A stretch of 6,482 bases of DNA from Octopus sinensis (GCF_006345805.1 NW_021829351.1:1-6482), one strand, 5' to 3'. Shown: positions 1-6,288, numbered from the stretch's first letter. Translations and numbers: made by a program. Notes: generated by a model not told the origin, from the letters alone.

Positions 1-228
1 TTAGCCGGAACTGTAACCTCAATTTCCATTTCTATAAAAGCTTCCATCCTACTTGAAAACGGCTTCAAACAAGAAAAATCAACCATCGACATCATAACAA
101 GCAGCATCATCGTTGTTCGGAGCTGCTAATATCCTAAGGAAAGTAACTTCGTCTCTGAAGATCTGATCAATTTTCCACTTGTCAACACCTGCACTCTGTG
201 TAAATATGACCAAATCAATACTGACAGC

Positions 229-229
229 A

Positions 230-267
<38 letters not shown>

Positions 268-410
268 TATTATTATGATTATTATTATTGTTGTTGTTGT
301 TGTTGTTATTATTATTATTATTGTGTTGTTGTTATTATTATTATTATTATTATTATCATTCCTACCATCGTTCTTGTTGTTGTTGCTGCTGGTGCTGTTG
401 TTGTTGTTAC
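229..410. repeat. Compound (ATT)n/(GTT)n trinucleotide microsatellite
   Basis: Long runs of ATT and GTT directly visible; they produce the poly-I/V/L and poly-C/Y ORFs at 179-482. Confidence 0.97.
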
Positions 411-420
411 CATTTATTGA

Positions 421-637
421 GGCTGCGAAGTGGCTTAATCGTTAGCGTGCCTGACAGTATTTCGCCTGTCGCTATGTTGTGAGTTCAATTTCCACCGAAG
501 TCGACTTTGTCTTTCATCCTTTAGAGATCGATAGATTAGGTACCAGTGAAACACTGGGGGTCGATGTAATCCCCTAGTCCCCTCCCCACAAAGTTTATGC
601 CTTGTGCCTCCAGTAGACAGGATTATAGACAGGATTA
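421..637 (+). mobile_element. tRNA-derived SINE, family A (octopus-type), diverged
   Basis: A-box-like TGGCTTAATCG at 431-441 and B-box-like GTTCAATTTCC at 483-493. Body GTCGACTTTGTCTTTCATCCTTTAGAGATCGATAGATTAGGTACCAG matches a recalled abundant octopus SINE. It runs into an (ATT)n tail, and a second diverged copy lies at ~1876-1950. Confidence 0.85.
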
Positions 638-786
638 TTATTATTATTATTATTATTTATTATTATTATTATTAATTATTATTATTATTATTATTATTAT
701 TATCATTATTATTATTATTATTTATTATTATTATTAATTATTATTATTATATATTATTTTATTATTATTATTATTATTATTATTAG
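633..786. repeat. (ATT)n microsatellite, expanded tail of SINE A
   Basis: About 150 bp of imperfect ATT repeats directly after the SINE 3' end. Confidence 0.95.
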
Positions 787-1223
787 CTGAATTACCCGGC
801 GTTGTCAGGTTACTGCTGTTCTTATTCGATTAGTAAACAATAAGTATGAAGATATATTTTTTTCTCATGATTATTTCAAAATATCTATTTTATTTACAAA
901 TATCCAAATTGTAATGATAATAGAATTTACAACAGAAAATCTGTCAATCTTGAAGCACCTCAAGGTAAACAATATTCATTGTGTAATTTTTTGTTGGTGT
1001 CGAAATGGATAAATTGTTGTTGCTTCCAACTCGTGAGCGACCAAAATAGAGTTGGTCGTGGGAGAAGAATGTAGTAGAGAGATGAAGTCCAACTACCTCG
1101 AGGGATTGACCCTAAGATTTGTTAGTTTAAATACCAAAACTTAATTTGACTAGAAGCTGAAGCCTCCTAAATTCAAATGCTATGAGAGGAAATTTTGTAA
1201 TAAAGACATTTTCTTTTCAGTGT

Positions 1224-1241
1224 CTATATATATATATATAT
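1224..1241. repeat. (TA)n microsatellite
   Basis: TATATATATATATATATA directly visible. Confidence 0.9.
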
Positions 1242-1416
1242 TACACGCATTTTTCTCTTTCCTTGTTTCTCTCCTTGTTTATTTTTCTGTGTATTTTTCT
1301 GTCGAAGAGCGTAGGCTCGAAACATGAAAGACTTGTTCTATTTCTATTCCTGAGTGCCATACTAATACATTTGTTTGTTTGTTCTCCACCTGGTTTATTT
1401 TCGTAAACCTTCTCGT

Positions 1417-1417
<1 letters not shown>

Positions 1418-1452
<35 letters not shown>

Positions 1453-1476
1453 AGTGTGTGTGTGGTGTATGTGTGT
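1418..1476. repeat. (TG)n microsatellite
   Basis: Long TG run; gives the HTHT ORF on the - strand. Confidence 0.95.
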
Positions 1477-1609
1477 ATTAAATGGTGGGGTCACCAGCGT
1501 GTCCGCATATGAAATTTATGCTCAAGCGGGAACGTGTGGGAGCGATTATCGTGTTTGTTTTCTTTAATAGTTTTTTTTCTTTTACAAATATCTTTTCTTC
1601 CCCCGACAG

Positions 1610-1615
1610 ACCTGG
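1610..1615 (+). other. Candidate 6-nt microexon ACCTGG
   Basis: Polypyrimidine tract 1571-1604, CAG at 1607-1609, then ACCTGG and donor G|GTGAGA at 1616-1621. Splice-signal pattern only; no transcript evidence. Confidence 0.45.
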
Positions 1616-1819
1616 GTGAGAAACAACAGATCTGGAGAGGAAACCTTTTCAACACTTAAAAACGGCTCCTCCACCACTTCAAACCCCACCTCCACCATAC
1701 CTTATTAGAACTGACATGTTAAATGTAATTACGGCGGTATCGTCCTCTAATTAGATCTGAGTTTTTCGGAAACTTTAATTACATCGTCATTATAAGAAGT
1801 GACAATTGTAATAGCTGTG

Positions 1820-1950
1820 ATGGCGAACTAAGCAACAATCACTCTGAAGGAGTTTCACATAAAGATACTTTGTGATGTTTCTTCCGGCAGTTTATATTCT
1901 GGGTTCAAATGCTAAGGAGCTCAAATTTGCCTTTTCGTCGTTTCGGGGTT
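1820..1950 (+). mobile_element. Highly diverged 5' fragment of SINE family A
   Basis: 1876-1950 (TATATTCTGGGTTCAAATGCTAAGGAGCTCAAATTTGCCTTTTCGTCGTTTCGGGG) aligns by eye to the B-box and body of the copy at 458-528. The head at ~1820 is uncertain. Truncated at the family B fragment. Confidence 0.6.
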
Positions 1951-2123
1951 ACTCTACTCTTTTACTCTTTTACTTGTTTCAGTCATTCGACTGCGGCCAT
2001 GCTGGAGCACCGCCTTTAGTCGAGCAAATCGACCCCCCAGGACTTATTCTTTGTAAGCCTAGCACTTATTCAATGGCTCTTTTTTGCCGAACCGCTAAGT
2101 TACGGGGACGTAAACACACCAGC
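1951..2123 (-). mobile_element. 3' half of SINE family B (5'-truncated)
   Basis: The reverse complement closely matches 3815-3985 (GCTGGTGTGTTT.CGTCCCC...CTTAGCGGTTCGGCAAAA...GCTCCAGCATGGCCGCAGTC.AATGACTGAAACAAGTAAAAGAG) and ends in a GTAAAAGA-type tail. Confidence 0.93.
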
Positions 2124-2209
2124 TTCTTCTTCTTTTGCTTCTTCTGCTCCTTCTTCTTCTCCTTCTCATTCTCCTCCTCCTCCTCCTCCTCCTTCTTCTT
2201 CTTCTTCTA

Positions 2210-2255
<46 letters not shown>

Positions 2256-2260
2256 TTCTT
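2124..2260. repeat. (TTC/TCC)n microsatellite, i.e. (GAA)n on the - strand; probable retroposon tail
   Basis: Directly visible; gives the poly-F/S and poly-R ORFs. Confidence 0.95.
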
Positions 2261-2744
2261 CCAATCAGGACTCCCGCCATTAGCCACAAAGAATAATCTC
2301 TAATTCGAGCCTACTCTAAGCTACTAAGAATACATGTATGGCAATTTGAAGATCCACCCACCACACGCGATAGACTGGCGGTTGCACGGGTGCGAAAGCT
2401 ACGTTGTTATCCTCATTCCGTAAACGGTGGCTTTTTTAACGAGTGGAGAACTGAACCATCCTGGGGTACAGAGGATTCGCAATCCAAACTAGGGCCTGAA
2501 AGTTTTACCACACCATAGTGGGTTACACCATGGCTCCTCTGTTTTGTGGCAGAAGTAGGAAGAAAGAGTGAGAGAAAGTTGTGGTGAAAGAGTACAGCGG
2601 GGTTCGCCATCACTCCCCTGCCAGAGCCTCGTGGAGCTTAGGTGGTTTTGCTCAATAAACACTCACAATGCCCGGTGTGGGAATCGAAACCACGTTCTTA
2701 CGACCGCGAGTCCGCTGCCCTAACCGCTGGGCCATTGCGCCTCC
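2261..2744 (-). mobile_element. tRNA-derived SINE, family C (tRNA-Arg-like head); 3' boundary inferred
   Basis: The - strand starts GGAGGCGCAATGGCCCAGCGGTTAGGGCAGCGGACTCGCGGTCGTAAGAACGTGGTTTCGATTCCC. A-box TGGCCCAGCGG (2724-2734), D-stem GCCC/GGGC, B-box GGTTTCGATTCCC (2679-2691). 2545-2744 matches a recalled octopus SINE. 2261-2545 is included only because it leads into the (GAA)n tail. Confidence 0.8.
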
Positions 2745-2749
2745 ACCGC

Positions 2750-2779
2750 TGTTGTCGTTGATGATGGTGGTGGTGGTGG

Positions 2780-2814
<35 letters not shown>

Positions 2815-2820
2815 TTGTTG

Positions 2821-2852
<32 letters not shown>
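2750..2852. repeat. (GTT)n/(GGT)n compound microsatellite
   Basis: Directly visible; gives the poly-N/T and poly-L/V ORFs. Confidence 0.95.
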
Positions 2853-2854
<2 letters not shown>

Positions 2855-2949
2855 TCTTCATCCTATCACGTGTTGACGACAGCAGTAGTTGTATTCCTTT
2901 ATGGTAAAATGTATGAGCGTAAAATATATGCGGCTTAGGTGCGTAAATA

Positions 2950-3004
2950 TATGTGTGTGTGTATGTTGTGTGTATTGTGTACGTATATGTGTATGTGTGT
3001 GTGT
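2950..3004. repeat. Degenerate (TG)n/(TATG)n repeat
   Basis: Directly visible. Confidence 0.8.
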
Positions 3005-3108
3005 TTAAATTTATTTTATATTTTATTTTTGTAGCAATCATTTATTTATTCATTTTTGTTGCTAATTTATTTTTACTGCATTTCTCTCATTAATTTGATG
3101 ACTTTCAG

Positions 3109-3114
3109 ACAACG
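3109..3114 (+). other. Candidate 6-nt microexon ACAACG
   Basis: AG-free, U-rich zone 3035-3106 with CTAAT at 3062-3066, TTTCAG acceptor ending at 3108, then ACAACG and donor G|GTAAGA at 3115-3120. No transcript evidence. Confidence 0.5.
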
Positions 3115-3211
3115 GTAAGAAATTTTCAAAAACTCCACTGTATAATAAATACTACAATGCAAAACCGATAATAACACCCAACGATAAATAACAACTGCAA
3201 AAACATCTACG

Positions 3212-3238
3212 ACAACAACAACAACAACAACAACAACA
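3212..3238. repeat. (ACA)n microsatellite
   Basis: ACAACAACA run directly visible. Confidence 0.9.
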
Positions 3239-3562
3239 GTAAAGCAATGACAATATGAAGGAAAACCAAAAACAACATCAATTAATACGTATATAGACTT
3301 TAGCGGGGGTGGGAGAATATAACCAACCAATGGAGTTAAATAGAAAACAAAATCAGACACTTAGTCACGCAGAGAATGAGAATGTAAGCGAGAACTACTG
3401 ATATAGAGAGACGTCTAGGACGCGAATGAAAGAGGAGGGATGTGATAGAGATTGAAAGAGAGAGTGTGAGATAAGAAGGAGTGAGAAAATGAAGGAATGG
3501 TTAGTAAATTGTTAGATAGCTAGGGAAAACGAATGAATATTTTTCTTTATGTAGTTAGTATA

Positions 3563-3985
3563 GGCGCAGGAGTGGCTGTGTGGTAAGTAGCTTGCTAACC
3601 AACCACATGGTTCCGGGTTCAGTCTCACTGCGTGGCATCTTGGGCGAGTGTCTTCTGCTATAGCTTCGGGCCGACCAATGCCTTGTGAGTGGATTTGGTA
3701 GACGGAAACTGAAAGAAGCCTGTCGTATATATGTATATATATATATATATAAGTGTGTGTGTATATGTTTGTGTGTCTGTGTTAGTCCTCCACCAACATC
3801 GCTTGACAACCGATGCTGGTGTGTTTGCGTCCCCCTCACTTAGCGGTTCGGCAAAAGAGACCGATAGAATAAGTACTGGGCTTAGAAAGAATAAGTCCCG
3901 GGGTTGATTTGTTTGGCTAAAAGTGGTGCTCCAGCATGGCCGCAGTCAAATGACTGAAACAAGTAAAAGAGAAAGAGAAAGAGTA
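3563..3985 (+). mobile_element. Full-length tRNA-derived SINE, family B (octopus-type, CORE-like motif, internal microsatellite)
   Basis: Head GGCGCAGGAGTGGCTGTGTGG with A-box at 3573-3583 and B-box GGTTCAGTCTC at 3616-3626. TGGCATCTTGGGCGAGTGTCTT resembles the start of the CORE domain. Internal (AT)n/(GT)n at ~3726-3780, AAAAGAG-type tail, and a second copy at 1951-2123. Confidence 0.92.
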
Positions 3986-4088
3986 CTTGGAGTAAACAGA
4001 CGTATGATAGAGTTGCTTACTCATGGCCAGAGACACACGCAGGCATATTCATGCAAACAAAGGCATTCATTCGTTCCCCATACACAAA

Positions 4089-4178
4089 TAGAGAGTGGGT
4101 GAGAGGGAGAGAGGGAGAGAGAGTGAGAGAGAGAGAGTGACTGAGAAGCAGAGAGGGTGAAAAAGAGAGACAGACAGA

Positions 4179-4214
<36 letters not shown>

Positions 4215-4268
4215 TAAAGTGAGTGTGGAGAGAGAGACTGAGTGCGACTGAGAGACAGACAGACAGAT

Positions 4269-4299
<31 letters not shown>

Positions 4300-4354
4300 G
4301 TGAGAGAGAGAGTGACTGAGAAGCAGAGAGAGTGAAAAAGAGAGACAGACAGAG

Positions 4355-4393
<39 letters not shown>

Positions 4394-4540
4394 GAGATAG
4401 AGAGAGAGAGAGAGATAAAGTGAGTGTGGAGAGAGAGACTGAGTGCGACTGAGAGACAGACAGACAGATAGAGAGAGAGAGAGAGGGAGAGAGAGAGATA
4501 GTCAGACAGGCAAGCAGATAGATAGACAGACAGGTAGGCA
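4089..4540. repeat. Compound (GA)n/(GATA)n/(GACA)n array containing a ~180-200 bp tandem duplication
   Basis: Unique anchors repeat: GTGACTGAGAAGCAG at 4137 and 4312; GATAAAGTGAGTGTGG at 4213 and 4414; CTGAGTGCGACTGAG at 4238 and 4439. Confidence 0.95.
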
Positions 4541-5482
4541 GATATTGGTATTTTGATGTCTGTATATGTAGAGAGACATGCGAAGAAGTGACGCGTTGAT
4601 ATCTAAGCGTTTGCTAGGCTTTGGGAACATAGATGACGGTTTAGCTACGTCACACTTGCTACGTTGAAATATATAAACGAATGCAGTATCGCTTATACAC
4701 ATACGCCTGTATGTATGTGATGTATGTGTGTATTTAAGGATGTGTGTGTTTGTGTGTGTATGTGTTTGTTACTCTTGAACAAGTATGTTGTTGACAGTGA
4801 CTTCGACGCTTCGGCTAGCTAAACCATCGTCAGATTGCGATGCCTTAGAGTTGATCTTGCCTTTATATAGTCTCTGTTGAATTAAAATCTTCCCTGGGTG
4901 TGTGAGATTGAGTGGGGCTGTAATCAAATTTTTATGGTTGGTTGTTAGTGAAAGGTGTTCTAGAAAATTTTTAATGGATTCAATTTGGGGTTATGTTATT
5001 GTTTATAATTTATTCCTGTAAACAAGTGTGTAGGGGTTTCTCTTTCAAAAGATAGGCACAAGGTGTGGTAGTATCTGTGTTGCTTTTGGTATTACTGGAT
5101 TTAATCCTTTTGCTTTGACAATGTAAAGGTCAAAAGTAAAAAAGGCCCAGTATGTAAACCATGAGTGCGTCAACTTTTTTCCGAAGCCACTGTCGACAAC
5201 ATTCTTGTTTAAGAACAATGAAATTATTGCGTCTGGGGAGAGTCATTTTCCTTTTGTGCCTTATTATGTAACACACTCACCGGAAAATTTCCACGTTTTT
5301 CTTATTTTTATTGTCCTAAAATTTTCGTTGCGTCTTGCAGACTTTTCAATAGTTTTGACTCTCTGAATGAATTTGTACTCTACAAAATTATAGATTATCC
5401 ATCAGATTAGCTTAATAAAAAATCGTGTCTATAATAACCAACACATATATTGATCCGAGTTTGTACGATTGTGTATAGAAGA

Positions 5483-5766
5483 ATATATTAATCAAGGAAA
5501 TTTCAACATAAATAATAATATATATATATATATTATCAGTCATAATAAAGGGTAAAATTAGTTAATTAATTAATAATTAATAATTTTACCAATATAATCA
5601 TTAATTTCAATAAATCAAAATAAAAAAAACGTGAAAATTTCATTAATATATATATATTATCAATAATAATGAAGAATAAAATTAGTTAATTAATTAATAA
5701 TTAATAATTTTACCAAATATTAATCAATGAAATTTCAACATAAATAATAAAACGTGAAAATTTCAT

Positions 5767-5798
<32 letters not shown>

Positions 5799-5855
5799 TA
5801 TCAATAATAATATTAAAGAGTAAAATTAATTAATTAATAATTAATAATTTTACCA
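5483..5855. repeat. AT-rich minisatellite: 3 diverged units (periods 124 and 140 bp), each ending in a ~40-bp quasi-palindrome
   Basis: TAATTAATAATTAATAATTTTACC ends at 5590, 5714 and 5854. AAACGTGAAAATTTCATTAATATATA and GAAATTTCAACATAAATAATAA each occur twice. Confidence 0.9.
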
Positions 5856-5953
5856 AGTAGTTCGGTATGTTAAAAGAACCATTATCGGTAAAAGAACTAT
5901 TATCTGTCAGATAAGTATGTTTCATTTTTCAGTGCTCTCAAATTGAAAATCTT

Positions 5954-6047
5954 GAATTACTGTACTGAAGAAGAGAATGGGAGAGTAGAAATATGATTTT
6001 ACATTTTTCACATCTCCCTTACTCTGAAACGCGTATACAGTTAATTC
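5954..6047 (+). ncRNA. Type I hammerhead ribozyme motif (Penelope-like/retrozyme-type minimal stem III)
   Basis: Stem I GAATTACTGTA (5954-5964) pairs with TACAGT-T-AATTC (6036-6047): 11 bp with one bulge. Core CTGAAGA at 5965-5971. Stem II 5972-5984/6013-6025 has 11 of 13 pairs plus a distal hairpin. GAAA at 6026-6029, palindromic ACGCGT stem III, and cleavage triplet GTA at 6033-6035. Confidence 0.85.
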
Positions 6048-6212
6048 GTTATTTTTTCTCTTTACCTGCGTGAGTTGTTGAGTATTGCTGTCTGGGAGAT
6101 TTTCTTATGGTCGTGAAATAGTAGTTTAACTGCTATTTCTAAAATTTCAGTGTGTGGTGAAGCAAATTTTGCTGAACCCTAATTTAATTATACTCATAAT
6201 TATAGAATTTTT

Positions 6213-6222
6213 GTATATATAT

Positions 6223-6288
<66 letters not shown>

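Noticed and set aside
139-165. GAAA...CTGAAGA as a possible type II hammerhead
   Set aside because: Stems I and II cannot form.
1-230. Short stop-free frames at the window start (e.g. - strand ...GVDKWKIDQIFRDEVTFLRILAAPNNDDAACYDVDG-stop; + strand LAGTVTSISISIK...)
   Set aside because: Under 60 codons, no recognisable domain, and no convincing acceptor/donor pair. It cannot be excluded without TBLASTN or the upstream sequence.
179-482. ORFs 179-445 and 288-482
   Set aside because: Homopolymeric I/V/L/C/Y tracts from ATT/GTT microsatellites running into a SINE.
1026-1058. Two alternative 7-bp stems (CCAACTC/GAGTTGG and CGACCAA/TTGGTCG)
   Set aside because: Short stems are expected by chance, with no supporting context.
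1182-1494. ORFs 1182-1406 (+) and 1279-1494 (-)
   Set aside because: Low-complexity pyrimidine tract and TG repeat translations.
2670-2744. Functional tRNA gene
   Set aside because: The acceptor and anticodon arms do not form a proper cloverleaf and the sequence continues into a SINE body, so it is a SINE head.
1872-3041. ORFs 1872-2303, 2095-2289, 2413-2613, 2652-3041 and 2668-2907
   Set aside because: They overlap SINEs and trinucleotide arrays, and show no RT, endonuclease or other domain motifs.
3073-3839. ORFs 3073-3360 and 3555-3839 (-)
   Set aside because: An ACA-repeat translation and an antisense SINE read-through.
4502-4702. ORF 4502-4702 (-)
   Set aside because: 66 aa, partly GACA repeat, with no homology recognised.
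5195-5365. Segment resembling a recalled octopus dispersed repeat, containing a - strand G|GTGAGT donor and a + strand TTGCAG acceptor
   Set aside because: The resemblance is from memory only, with no second copy, termini or TSD in the window. The splice-like motifs have no matching partner site.
6041-6075. 29-nt candidate exon (tacag|...cctgc|gtgagt)
   Set aside because: Not a multiple of 3, pyrimidine-rich like an intron, and its acceptor is the ribozyme stem I strand.
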